Of a stretch of 64,000 nt of DNA, positions 21,579 to 31,352 are shown in pieces (the first letter of the stretch is position 1; each line of letters begins with the position of its first letter). The notes beneath the pieces were generated by a model, which was not told where the DNA came from, ran no database searches, and worked only from the letters and a program-made list of their open reading frames with translations. Source of the DNA: an uncultured delta proteobacterium (GTDB taxonomy: Bacteria > Desulfobacterota > Binatia > UBA9968); assembly GCA_963804165.1 (NCBI GenBank), contig CAWDPO010000036.1, positions 32,001-96,000 on the forward strand, read 5' to 3'. The position numbers and the translations under genes are program-made.

Positions 21579-22071
21579 TCAGTCCATGATACGACGTCCC
21601 AAAATTATCAGATCACGTTCGATACCGTCTAGTTCAGCGACTGCGGGCAAAACTGCCCAGCGCTCAAACCCAAAGCTTTCAAACAAATGCAGGCTTGCTT
21701 CGTTGTGGCCGAAGATGAATCCCAGGAGCGTTTTTAGACCGAGTAGAGGCGCGCGCTCGACGGCCCTGGCTAGCAGTGCCCGCCCGATTCCTTGTCGCTG
21801 CAGCGTGTACGTGACTCCGGCGACGAAATCATTGCCGGCTGGCTCAGTTTTCAGTCCTTCTACGGGGCGTCCGGCGTACCACGCTACCGCTGAGATCAGC
21901 GTCAACTGCAACCCAGAGTGGACGTTTCTCCGGATCGTGATCGCGGAACCAGTCACGCCGACTTTCAGTGGATACCGGCTCAGTATCTGCGGTGGCGGTG
22001 CGCCCTGGTACCGACGCATTATAAATTGCGACGATGGCCGGAAGGTCACCTTCCATGGCATCGCGAATCAT
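21579..22071 (-). pseudogene. YncA/phosphinothricin-acetyltransferase-like GNAT broken by an internal inversion
   Basis: N-terminus [25 protein letters not shown] and C-terminus [15 protein letters not shown] on minus; middle [22 protein letters not shown] on plus at 21813-21903. Confidence 0.85.
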
Positions 22072-22213
22072 CGTCGTAACTGCCGTCTTTCTCTCAACGA
22101 ATGGTTTATTCGTTAAGGCTAAGTGTCTCCGTTGCGCCGTCAAGCCTCATCCTGTTTCAGATGGTGCTCTTACGCGTTAGTGCCCAATTTGGGTCCCTCG
22201 GTGGAACGTGTCA

Positions 22214-22825
22214 CTAACCGCCTGAACCGAATTTGATCAACTCGATCGCACGTTTGTTTCCGGCTGCGTCGCCTTCTAACACGTTCATCTCATATTTGAC
22301 GACGCTCGTCGTTTGAGGGCTCCAATAGTAAACGAATATCCAGTGATCGACATTCTTAAACCGCGCCTCACGATCGAGCTTAAAGGCCTTGAAGGTGCCG
22401 GCGCCAATCGTCACTTCGGCAAAGTCCGTGACTTTCGTTACAGCTCTCACACTGCGATCAACCTCCCTACGCCGTGGTCTGAACGTGTAGTTCGTGGTCC
22501 AGGATTTGCCTTTGAAGAGTGGAAATTGGAGATGCTGGAAAGCGGTTTGGTCGACTAGTCCGGTCAGAACACTCGCTCCGGAACGGAGCTCATTCTTTTG
22601 ATACGTTTCCAGTTTGAAAATTTTGAACTGTCCATTGGAATATGCGATTTCATAGATGCCGTTCAGCTCTTTTTCCGTTTTCATATACTCGCCATGCTCG
22701 ACAACCCGGTATTGCCAAAAGTCTCCGTCGACGAAGTTCGGACCCTCAGCGTGCTCCCGTCCGAAAAGATCCACGCAAGCGAGGAGCAAACCCGTCACAA
22801 CGAACGAAAGAGCAAAACGTTTCAT
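22214..22825 (-). CDS. Secreted hypothetical protein
   Basis: Signal peptide; VTIGAGTFKAFKL and YYWSP resemble periplasmic beta-rich proteins. Confidence 0.7.
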   Translation of the reverse strand: MKRFALSFVVTGLLLACVDLFGREHAEGPNFVDGDFWQYRVVEHGEYMKTEKELNGIYEIAYSNGQFKIFKLETYQKNELRSGASVLTGLVDQTAFQHLQFPLFKGKSWTTNYTFRPRRREVDRSVRAVTKVTDFAEVTIGAGTFKAFKLDREARFKNVDHWIFVYYWSPQTTSVVKYEMNVLEGDAAGNKRAIELIKFGSGG

Positions 22826-22837
22826 GACACTTCCGGT

Positions 22838-23725
22838 TCAATCACTTTTCTTACGTAGGATTTTCCAGACAGCGCTCTTGATTTTCATGTCCGGGTCGTC
22901 GAGAAGCGGCTCAATTTCTGCGCGAAGTGATTGTCGAGCGACTTCTCCCAATTCCTCCGCCAGTCTCTTAAGAGCCAATTTTCGGATGCGAGCGTCCTTG
23001 TCACCCAGGCATTTCCGGTACACGCCGACGTGGTTTCGGACTTCAGTGACCCGTCCCAGACAAACCAGAGCATCAAAACGGAGTTCTGGATCTTCATGCT
23101 CTAGGCATTTGAGATAGACTTCTGTGACTTTTGCTTGCTTCGAGTGAAATCGCCACAGGTTAAACAGGATGATCCTCTTCTGTTCAAAGGGACCATGGTC
23201 GAGCCGGTCCAAAAGCAGGTCCAAGATTCTATCATCCCTGAGATTACACAGAGCATTGACGGCGGTTTGCTGAACTTCAGAATCGCTATCAAAGAGCCGC
23301 TCGATCAAAGACGTTGCTGCGTGGGAATTTCCCTCCCATCCCAGCGCGAAAGTTGCATGAAGCCTCCGCTCCGCATGTGAGCTGCCGATCTCTTGCAGCA
23401 ATCGATCCACAAGTGGTTGAGAATTCTTTAACAGTGGACTGATTACACTCAGCTGAATCGCCGCATCATGTCGGATTTCCTCACTCTCGGAAGGATCGGT
23501 CATCAGATCGTACAGAGGCCAAACTACAGCCTCTTTGGCAAAGCTCCCGAGAAGCAAAATGATCTCCCGTTTGAGATCTTGGTCAGCCAGCTTCATAGCT
23601 TTGAGAAGCAGAGGAATGGCTCGATCACTTTCATCAAAGAAGGTTTCCACCGATTCAATATAACTCCTGGCCTTTTTGAGAATGGTTTCTTTCGAATCAA
23701 ATTTGATTACCCGATTCTGCTTCAT
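22838..23725 (-). CDS. HEAT repeat protein
   Basis: Repeated L.D.D..VR..A..AL units. Confidence 0.8.
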   Translation of the reverse strand: MKQNRVIKFDSKETILKKARSYIESVETFFDESDRAIPLLLKAMKLADQDLKREIILLLGSFAKEAVVWPLYDLMTDPSESEEIRHDAAIQLSVISPLLKNSQPLVDRLLQEIGSSHAERRLHATFALGWEGNSHAATSLIERLFDSDSEVQQTAVNALCNLRDDRILDLLLDRLDHGPFEQKRIILFNLWRFHSKQAKVTEVYLKCLEHEDPELRFDALVCLGRVTEVRNHVGVYRKCLGDKDARIRKLALKRLAEELGEVARQSLRAEIEPLLDDPDMKIKSAVWKILRKKSD

Positions 23726-23728
23726 TGG

Positions 23729-24418
23729 CTAATGCCGCACTCGTTGCAACACCTCGGTCAGGCTACCGATAGAATCGCCCTGCCATTCTCGAGCTTCACG
23801 AAGAAGGTCACTACGATTGTCCTGCGACGAGTTTCGAATCAGCACGGGATGCAGGCCGACATTGGCGGCGGCGGCCAATTCGTAGTTTTCTCCGTCGGCA
23901 ATGTAGAGGCAGAGTTCAGGCGTGATACCGAGGCCCTCGCATGCAAGATGATAGATACGCGGGTCAGGTTTCTTGAGGCGTTCACGGGAAGAGAAGATGG
24001 GGCTTTCAATCAAATCTGCGAATTCTGTTTCAGGCCAGAGGATCGGGATTTCGATTGAGCAATTGCTGAGCAGGCCAATCTTGTAACCCTCGTTTTTCAG
24101 TCGTGCGAGCGTTGCTACGGCATCCGGTCTCGGGTCGAGAGCTTGTTTTATATGTCGCAATCGAATTTCCACAGCCTTCGTCATTTGTTCCGCAGTAACC
24201 TGCACACCGATATTGTCGCAAACATATTTTATGCTGGCTTCCACAGTCTGAAAGGTTCCGTTCGTTCGCATCTCCGAACTTTGTCGCCATACCTGTACGA
24301 ATTGTTCAGGAGGGACTTGGAGGGCGGCGGGCAACTCTGTATGAATTTGGCCAACCGACGACACGAAGCCGTCCACCAAAGTGCCGAATAGATCGAAGAT
24401 GATTGCATGAAATTTCAT
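23729..24418 (-). CDS. HAD-superfamily hydrolase
   Basis: FDLFGTL, LSN, KKPDPRIY. Confidence 0.88.
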   Translation of the reverse strand: MKFHAIIFDLFGTLVDGFVSSVGQIHTELPAALQVPPEQFVQVWRQSSEMRTNGTFQTVEASIKYVCDNIGVQVTAEQMTKAVEIRLRHIKQALDPRPDAVATLARLKNEGYKIGLLSNCSIEIPILWPETEFADLIESPIFSSRERLKKPDPRIYHLACEGLGITPELCLYIADGENYELAAAANVGLHPVLIRNSSQDNRSDLLREAREWQGDSIGSLTEVLQRVRH

Positions 24419-24520
24419 GATGACGTGATGACGGAGACCAGTTTTAACTACTACCTACGGAATATCTCGGGGCACAATTCAAGTTGAGACTCAGAGCCGT
24501 GTCCGGGTATTGACGGATTG

Positions 24521-25093
24521 TCAACGGGTCTTTGAATACACAAAGCAGTCCCTTGGTTCGGGCGACAGGTTAGGATGAACGATGTAGCGCCTAAGAGCTC
24601 CTTCTCGTTGCATCCCTGCTTTTTCGAGGACGCGCGCCGAAGCTGTATTCTCGACATCGCACAGGGCCCAGACGCGGTAGATGAAATTCAGATTGATCGC
24701 CCAGTCGAAAATCGCCATGGCGGCCTCGGTTACATATCCACTGTTCCAGTAGTTGCGGCTTAGAACATATCCGATATCGGCGGCATGTTCACGCACGCGA
24801 CAGGCGATCATGCCGATGACGCGGTCTTCCTCGGCCCGTGTAATCGCCCAAGTGTACTCCTCGCCCGTTTCCCACTTATCGAGCAGCGACTGCAAAAACG
24901 GCGAAAGGTCCCCTTTATGTTGATATGGCCGCCAAATGAGATAACGCGTGACTTCGGGATCGGCTGCGTAATTATCGAAGATGTCGTCTGCATCAGTCAG
25001 ACGCGGGCGGCGGAGCACGAGTCGCTTCGTCGTAATCAATTCCGGCGGTGATAGTAAATCGGCCCGTGCTATTTTGGAATCGCTGGTCGTCAT
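24521..25093 (-). CDS. GNAT N-acetyltransferase, RimJ/RimL family
   Basis: TKRLVLR, WNSGYVTEA, NTASARVLEKAGM. Confidence 0.88.
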   Translation of the reverse strand: MTTSDSKIARADLLSPPELITTKRLVLRRPRLTDADDIFDNYAADPEVTRYLIWRPYQHKGDLSPFLQSLLDKWETGEEYTWAITRAEEDRVIGMIACRVREHAADIGYVLSRNYWNSGYVTEAAMAIFDWAINLNFIYRVWALCDVENTASARVLEKAGMQREGALRRYIVHPNLSPEPRDCFVYSKTR

Positions 25094-25098
25094 GGGGC

Positions 25099-26292
25099 CT
25101 AGAAGACATCCATTGTCGGAAACTTTGCCTCGCCTCGGATGCAATCCCACAAATAGACGGCGAGACCTGGGTCGCCCGTCCAGAGCGAGTAGCGGCGTTG
25201 ACCATATTCGAGCGCGTGGCGTTCACTTTGCTCGATGGCGTGCATCGCAAAGGCACGGGCCCGTTCCAGCCACTTCACATCACCTGTCCGTCGATAAAGC
25301 TTGAGGAAAGCGTAACCGTTGCCTGCGGTGCCGTGACAAAGGTTGGGGCCTTTCGTGAGCGGGCCGGCTTTCCAGGTGAGCTCGCCACCCTTGATCAATA
25401 ATTGATCGAAAGTTGCATTTATGCCGGACGGCAAGTCTGCGAGACAGGTAATCATCCCGGGTGCACCGTGACAGTGTTGTACGAGATAGCCTGTGCCGCC
25501 AAAACCCGCGGGCCAGTTGGCATAAACATCGTCGGCTTTTGCGGTATGCGTAAGAGTGTCCGCCGCGCGCGCATAGATGAGGGACAGCGTTTGCGACTCA
25601 AGCAACTTACGGCCGCGAACAATCGACAAAACATTAGCTGCAAAACCGTGAACGGCTCCAAGATAGACGCTTGACCTCCCGTAGAGGTCCTGGATCCAAA
25701 CGTAGCAGTCGTGCGCGGTACTTTCCTTCAGTTCAAGTAGAATCTGTCGAGCACTCTGCAAATAGACTTCCCTCCAGCGTTCCTCCCCAGCAAATTCGTA
25801 CATGAAAAGAGCGGCCAACATCGTTCCCGGGGCCCCCCACATGAACTCTCTCGCAGGATTTTTTATGTTTCCTTCAACGGCTCGAAAAATTTCGTCCGCG
25901 AGAGCTTTACGCGGCGAGAGACGCCATTGGAGCAGCAGAATTCCGACGTCGCCCATTAAATACGAAAACGTATTCGGTGCAGAAAGTTTCAAGTCGATGC
26001 GATTTTTTGCCGCCAGGTCGGTCAGAGCATTTGAGTAGTCACGCTTGAGCTTTGTTGCGCCGATCTCGTTGAGATAATGCAAGGCCCAGATAACTCCTGC
26101 CGCTCCGAAATAAAGCATTTTAAATGGTTCGGTATGCGTCGGCTCAAGCTGATCGAGCGGGTGGACCGGCCAGAGTTTCTGCGAATCGAAACACGCATGA
26201 GTGTCGCGGACTATGCGATCGATCGCGTCGTGAGCTCGTTCTTCATTCCAACCTGCCTCGATGAGAGGTTCGTGCCTTGCTTTGTCGTACAT
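25099..26292 (-). CDS. LanC-like protein (lanthionine synthetase C family), stand-alone
   Basis: GAVHG, HCHGAPG, LCHGTAGNG, SLWTG motifs. Confidence 0.88.
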   Translation of the reverse strand: MYDKARHEPLIEAGWNEERAHDAIDRIVRDTHACFDSQKLWPVHPLDQLEPTHTEPFKMLYFGAAGVIWALHYLNEIGATKLKRDYSNALTDLAAKNRIDLKLSAPNTFSYLMGDVGILLLQWRLSPRKALADEIFRAVEGNIKNPAREFMWGAPGTMLAALFMYEFAGEERWREVYLQSARQILLELKESTAHDCYVWIQDLYGRSSVYLGAVHGFAANVLSIVRGRKLLESQTLSLIYARAADTLTHTAKADDVYANWPAGFGGTGYLVQHCHGAPGMITCLADLPSGINATFDQLLIKGGELTWKAGPLTKGPNLCHGTAGNGYAFLKLYRRTGDVKWLERARAFAMHAIEQSERHALEYGQRRYSLWTGDPGLAVYLWDCIRGEAKFPTMDVF

Positions 26293-26301
26293 AATTTGAA
26301 T

Positions 26302-28236
26302 TTACAGGTTCTCGATCTGTACCGGCTCCACCGAATCGGCTAGTTCGAATCCGAAAACCTTCGAATAGAAATACAACTCGGCCTCGAGCACCCGCTTGAT
26401 GTTTTCCGCCTTGCGGAAGCCGTGCTGTTCGCCTTCGAACGCAAGATAGGCGACGGGGAGTTTCTTGGCACGCACGGCGTCGACCATTTTCTCGGCTTGG
26501 TTGGGCGGGACGACTTTGTCTTCCAAGCCCTGGAAGAGAATCATGGCGCAATTGAGACGGTCGGTGAAGTGGATCGGCGAGCGTTCGATGTACAGGTCGC
26601 GCCGCTCGGGGTAGGGTCCGATCAAGCGGTCGAGATAGCGCGACTCGAACTTGTGGGTATCTTTGGCCAGCGCTTCCAAGTCGCTGATGCCGTAGTGGCT
26701 GGCGCCGGCTTTAAAAGCATCGCGGAACGTGAGCGCGCAGAGTGTCGTGTAGCCGCCGGCGCTGCCGCCGCGGATGGCGAGACGCTTGCCGTCGACTTCG
26801 CCGCGTTCGGCAAGATGGCTCGCGCCGTTGACGCAGTCGTCGACGTCGACGATGCCCCATTGGCGGTTGAGTCGTTCTCGGTAGGCGCGCCCGTAGCCTG
26901 AGCTGCCGCCGTAATTCACGTCGAGAACGGCGATGCCCCGGCTCGTCCAGTATTGAATCGAATATTTGAGCGACGCCGAACTCGACGATGTCGGTCCGCC
27001 GTGACTCATGACTAAAAGCGGCGGGTTTTCGCCTTCCGGCGCTGTATAATCTCGATTCTGCGGGGGATAGAAATTGCCATGCGCGGTAAGGCCGCGCTCA
27101 GTGGGAAACTCAACGGCTCGCGGAGAGGAAATATATCCGGCGTCAACGTTTGCTTCCCGCGACCGGCGCAGGACTTCAAGACGTTTCACCGTCAAATCCA
27201 ATGAGACAATGGAAGTCGTATCGGTCGAAGATGCGCCGATGAACAGCACGCGATCACCAGCAGATTGAACTTGGGAGATCGTGGTGAACGGGACTTCGAG
27301 GGTCCCCAACGTTCCTGTCGCGGTCTCCAACGTGGCAAGGTAATCACTGCCGTCCTTGGTATAGCTACAGACAATTTGGTGTTTGGATACAAAGCTAAAA
27401 AGGCTCGTGCCGAAGACCCACTGAGGTTGGCCGAACTCGGCATCCAACGGGAAAAGCGGTTCGACTTTGGATTCTTTCAACCGATAGAGATTCCACCAGC
27501 CGGTGCGGTCGGACACGAAATAGAGAACTCCGTCTGGCGACCATTCAGGCTGGAAAATCGATTCGTCGATGCCGCCTGCGATACATTTTTTCTCAGTCAC
27601 CGAGCCGTCGTCGTCGAGCTTGCCGACCCAAAGCTCCGTGCCGTTCCACGGCATGTTCGGATGATTCCAGGTGAGCCACGCCAGTCGAGAGCTGTCGCGA
27701 CTCAGACGCGGCGATGAATAAAAATCATTTCCAAAGACGACGATTTTGCCAGCGTCGTCGCCGTTTAGATCGACACACGCGACTGTATTGACAGCTTCGC
27801 CTGGCCCGGAATGATCCTCGCGCACGCAGTAAAGGAAATTTCTGCGCCCGTCGATTTGACCGTCGGCGTAGCGCATCGCGGATTGTGTGGTTAACTGCCT
27901 TGGTTCAGAGCCGAGTTCTTGGAGATAGAGGCGCTGATCGGTGAAATTGGAAAAAACAATTGTTCCATTGGAAACCGCGTAATCGCCTCCGCCATACTCG
28001 TGCACTCGCGTACGCGCATTGAATCCTGCCGGCGTGACATCCGCCACACTGCCCTCTTTTGAGCGTCGGACGATGACTTTTCTGCCGCCTTCCTGTGCGC
28101 GCCGTTCGATCCAATAGATGTCGTCGCCGTCGAATCGGACTTGTTCCAATCCGAGCTCGCCGCCGGCGACCAGATCTGCCGTAATGGGTGACTTCCAGGA
28201 GCCGTATGGGGATACACTCGACACCATCGCTCTCAT
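26302..28236 (-). CDS. S9 family peptidase (acylaminoacyl/dipeptidyl aminopeptidase)
   Basis: HGGP, GGSAGG, QGLED, EQHGF. Confidence 0.92.
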   Translation of the reverse strand: MRAMVSSVSPYGSWKSPITADLVAGGELGLEQVRFDGDDIYWIERRAQEGGRKVIVRRSKEGSVADVTPAGFNARTRVHEYGGGDYAVSNGTIVFSNFTDQRLYLQELGSEPRQLTTQSAMRYADGQIDGRRNFLYCVREDHSGPGEAVNTVACVDLNGDDAGKIVVFGNDFYSSPRLSRDSSRLAWLTWNHPNMPWNGTELWVGKLDDDGSVTEKKCIAGGIDESIFQPEWSPDGVLYFVSDRTGWWNLYRLKESKVEPLFPLDAEFGQPQWVFGTSLFSFVSKHQIVCSYTKDGSDYLATLETATGTLGTLEVPFTTISQVQSAGDRVLFIGASSTDTTSIVSLDLTVKRLEVLRRSREANVDAGYISSPRAVEFPTERGLTAHGNFYPPQNRDYTAPEGENPPLLVMSHGGPTSSSSASLKYSIQYWTSRGIAVLDVNYGGSSGYGRAYRERLNRQWGIVDVDDCVNGASHLAERGEVDGKRLAIRGGSAGGYTTLCALTFRDAFKAGASHYGISDLEALAKDTHKFESRYLDRLIGPYPERRDLYIERSPIHFTDRLNCAMILFQGLEDKVVPPNQAEKMVDAVRAKKLPVAYLAFEGEQHGFRKAENIKRVLEAELYFYSKVFGFELADSVEPVQIENL

Positions 28237-28246
28237 GACAGGGCAA

Positions 28247-29371
28247 CTAGATTCGCAGCAGTTTCCGCGCGTTACCGTGTAGCATTGCTTCGCGCTCGCT
28301 GTCAGTGCAGTTCATCGTTTTAATCTTTTCCGCGGCCATCCAGTCGCCAAGATCAAAGGGATAGTCGGTGCCGACCATGACGTGCTCCGCGCCGACCATA
28401 CGCTTCAAATATTCGACGGTCTCGACGCGGTAGACGAGGTTATCGAAATAAAGGTTCTTTAAATATTTGCTTGGTGGTTCTTTGGCCGGCATTCGCGAAG
28501 CGCCGCTGCCGCTACGGAAACCGCTATCAAATCGACCGAGGTGATAAGGAAAGAAGCCGCCGCCGTGGAGCAGGGCAAGTTTCAAATTGGGAAAGCGGTC
28601 GAATACTCCGCTGTAAATCATATAACCGACAGAGAGCGTGGTATCGGCAGGATTGCCGCAAACGGTGCGCAGCCCATACGCGCCTATTTTGTCGCTGCCG
28701 AGCACCCACTCCGGATGCATGATCATGAGCACATCGAGTTCCTGAGCCTTGGCCCAGAAGGGATCGAATTCTTTGTCGTCGTAATATTTGCCGACGACGT
28801 TAGACGCGATAGTTACGCCGGACATCTTAAGATCGCGAATCGCGTGCTCCAACACACGTGCGGCGCGCGGCGGATCTTGCAGAGGGACGGTGGCGATGCC
28901 GACAAAGCGGTCGGGATGCCCCTTCGCCAGACTCATGATCGCTTCGTTGTAGAGCTTCGACCAGGTTTCACCGCGGGTCCCGTCGAGTTCGTACCCGACA
29001 CAGGCGGTATGCACTTCGACGGTCGCAATCCCAATATTGCCTTTGGTCATAACCTCAAGACGATTATTGATTTCCGTCATGCGCGGATCCGGTCTCAAGC
29101 GGTTGCCCTTGGGAAATTGAATTTGAAACGGATTATCTTTGGCGTCTTTTGGCGGAAAATATTCGACGCCGAGTGCCTTGCCGTTGGTTTTGACTGCTTC
29201 GATCAGCTCCAGCGGAATGTAATGATGGTGAATGTCGATCGCGGAAGACATACTGCGACTCGTCATCGACGTGGTCGCGCATCCGGCCAATAAGCCGGAC
29301 GAGGCAACTGCGGTCTTCGCTGTAAGTTTTAGAAAATCGCGTCGCGTTAGACCTGAAATCTCCTTGTTCAT
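28247..29371 (-). CDS. Amidohydrolase_2 (ACMSD-like) protein with Tat-lipoprotein signal
   Basis: TRRDFLK and LLAGC; IDIHHH, MHP, HGGG, GTDYPF. Confidence 0.85.
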   Translation of the reverse strand: MNKEISGLTRRDFLKLTAKTAVASSGLLAGCATTSMTSRSMSSAIDIHHHYIPLELIEAVKTNGKALGVEYFPPKDAKDNPFQIQFPKGNRLRPDPRMTEINNRLEVMTKGNIGIATVEVHTACVGYELDGTRGETWSKLYNEAIMSLAKGHPDRFVGIATVPLQDPPRAARVLEHAIRDLKMSGVTIASNVVGKYYDDKEFDPFWAKAQELDVLMIMHPEWVLGSDKIGAYGLRTVCGNPADTTLSVGYMIYSGVFDRFPNLKLALLHGGGFFPYHLGRFDSGFRSGSGASRMPAKEPPSKYLKNLYFDNLVYRVETVEYLKRMVGAEHVMVGTDYPFDLGDWMAAEKIKTMNCTDSEREAMLHGNARKLLRI

Positions 29372-29389
29372 CGCTTGCCTCCTATTGGA

Positions 29390-29414
29390 GGACGGGTTAC
29401 AAGCCCGCCCCTAC
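29390..29414 (-). repeat. GTAG-type REP
   Basis: GTAGGGGCGGGC-TTGTA-ACCCGTCC; its TAG is the stop codon of the upstream gene. Confidence 0.7.
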
Positions 29415-30217
29415 GATAGAATAAAGTTTCTAATCGCCTCATGCGCGGCAGTCGGATTCGTCGCTAAATAGTGATGACCCTCGCCTTTCAGTACGACGAG
29501 CTTGGCGTCGGGAATTTCGCGCGCCAGCTGTTGCGCTGCATCCCAGTGCGTCCGATCCGCGGCCCCGTGGCGCTCGTCGTCGCCGACGAGGACGAGCGTT
29601 GGTACGCGGATTTCCTTCAAACGATCGGTGTGGTCGTGTTCCTGACGCGCTAAGACGAAGTACAGATAGTTTTCCAGCGGCGCGATCCCGGACATTCTGA
29701 CTTGGAGAAATTTTTCGATCAGCTCCGGATGCGCCGCCACGAACTCTTTTGTCCAACCGGTCTCGATGGTGTGCTCGCGAATGTAACCTTCAAAGCCTTG
29801 GCGCGTCATGTCGCGGCACATCGCGAGCGGAATGCCGTGGGCGCCTGGATGCGAGGTGCCGCTCGAAGCCAGAATGAGCTTCTTGACCCTCTTGGGATAT
29901 TCGATCGTTAACAGTTGCGCGACGACTCCGCCCATCGAGTGTCCACAGACGATGGCTTGCTCGACATCCAAATAATCCAGCAGCGCCGCGGCGTCATCGG
30001 TGAACATCTTGATCGAATATTTCTGGATCGTTTTGCTCGACTTGCCGGTGCCACGGTAGTCGAAGACGATGACTTCATGGTCGCGGGAGAAGTTTGGGAT
30101 CTGATGAAACTTCCACGCCTGATGGTCGAGGCCGGTCACGCTGCAGAACAAGAGCGGCGGTCCATCACCGTGAACTTCGTAGTAGATCTCGGTATCTTTG
30201 AGATTCAAATGAGGCAT
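29411..30217 (-). CDS. Alpha/beta hydrolase
   Basis: DYRGTGKS, GHSMGG, EGHH. Confidence 0.88.
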   Translation of the reverse strand: MPHLNLKDTEIYYEVHGDGPPLLFCSVTGLDHQAWKFHQIPNFSRDHEVIVFDYRGTGKSSKTIQKYSIKMFTDDAAALLDYLDVEQAIVCGHSMGGVVAQLLTIEYPKRVKKLILASSGTSHPGAHGIPLAMCRDMTRQGFEGYIREHTIETGWTKEFVAAHPELIEKFLQVRMSGIAPLENYLYFVLARQEHDHTDRLKEIRVPTLVLVGDDERHGAADRTHWDAAQQLAREIPDAKLVVLKGEGHHYLATNPTAAHEAIRNFILS

Positions 30218-30227
30218 GGTCTTATCA

Positions 30228-30249
30228 GGGCAGCATGCTGCGCCCCTAC
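30228..30249 (-). repeat. GTAG-type REP
   Basis: GTAGGGGCGCAGCATGCTGCCC. Confidence 0.65.
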
Positions 30250-30253
30250 CTCC

Positions 30254-31297
30254 TTACTTAAGACTTGCGCCGTAGGTGGCGTACAATTTGTCGATAAAGC
30301 CGCTGTCTTCGAGTTTGCGCATGAGCCGGTTGTCGATGACGTCCTCGGGTTTGACTTCGCCGACCTTTGGATTGCGCGATTTTAAAAGCCGCTGGGCGTT
30401 GCGCAGCCCTTCGAGGGACGCGAAGGGTTTTCTATCGACGCCGCGCACGAGATCCAAGTACGCGTCCTCGGCGCCCAATGCGTCGACCTTGAGCCAGCGC
30501 GCGAGGGTTTTAATGACCACCGGTTTGTTCTTCGGCGCAAGGGAAAAGACCAACGCCTCGATCTCGCCTTTGAGATAGGCCTCGGCGACATCGGGACGTT
30601 GCTGCAACATCGCGTTCGGCACCACCATCGATTGTCCGATCAATAAGGATTTGAGATCGGTGTACTCGCCGAGCACGGTCATGCCTTTTTGTTTGAGCTG
30701 TTTGGTAAAGACGCCATCGACGGCTGCCGCGTCGCACAGGCCGTTCTCGACACATTGGACCTGCACGGCTTGATCGCCGATGACCTGGAAGCGGATGTTG
30801 TCGCGCTGCTGGTCCAGGCCGAGGTGTTCGAGCCAGAGCAACACGCCCATCCAACTGGTGCCACCGATGCTGGTCACTGCGAAAGTCTTGCCGCGCAGTT
30901 CTTCGGCACGCTTGATGTTGGGCCGCACGACGAGATCGTAGGTGTTGCGCGTGTTGAAGGCGGCGAGAACTTTAAAATCATGGCCGGCGGCAACCGCCGC
31001 GAGCATGGCGCTGCCGCCGGTGCGACCAATGTGAATGCTGCCCGCGGCCAGTCCGGCGACCAATGTCGGCGCGCCGCGGATGAAAATCGGCTCGACGTCG
31101 ATGCCGTACTTGATAAAAAAGCCCTGCTCTTGGGCGAGCCAGAGCGGCACGATCCGGGCGGTGAAGGTGGCGTATCCGACGGCATATTTTGCCGGCGCCG
31201 CGGCGGCGAAGGCGTCAATTGCATTTACAATAAGCGTCAACGAACAAAAGACAATCTTGAGAGCGAGAAGAACACGAGAGCGATTCATAGAACTCAT
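30254..31297 (-). CDS. ABC substrate-binding protein, SsuA/NMT1 family
   Basis: Signal peptide; PLWLAQEQGFF, ELRGKTFAVTSIGG. Confidence 0.85.
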   Translation of the reverse strand: MSSMNRSRVLLALKIVFCSLTLIVNAIDAFAAAAPAKYAVGYATFTARIVPLWLAQEQGFFIKYGIDVEPIFIRGAPTLVAGLAAGSIHIGRTGGSAMLAAVAAGHDFKVLAAFNTRNTYDLVVRPNIKRAEELRGKTFAVTSIGGTSWMGVLLWLEHLGLDQQRDNIRFQVIGDQAVQVQCVENGLCDAAAVDGVFTKQLKQKGMTVLGEYTDLKSLLIGQSMVVPNAMLQQRPDVAEAYLKGEIEALVFSLAPKNKPVVIKTLARWLKVDALGAEDAYLDLVRGVDRKPFASLEGLRNAQRLLKSRNPKVGEVKPEDVIDNRLMRKLEDSGFIDKLYATYGASLK

Positions 31298-31352
31298 TCC
31301 TTTTGTGATCAGGTATCAGTGCCGAGCCAACTGCACAAGGAAAAAAATTAAG

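Noticed and set aside
22090-22120. Possible attC site (CTCAAC...GTTAAGGC)
   Set aside because: Only about 13 nt between boxes, no L boxes, not repeated at other junctions, no integrase
25099-26292. Complete lanthipeptide biosynthetic cluster
   Set aside because: No dehydratase, transporter or precursor peptide visible
26335-26360. GTTCGAATCC tRNA T-loop-like motif
   Set aside because: Lies inside the S9 peptidase coding region with no cloverleaf
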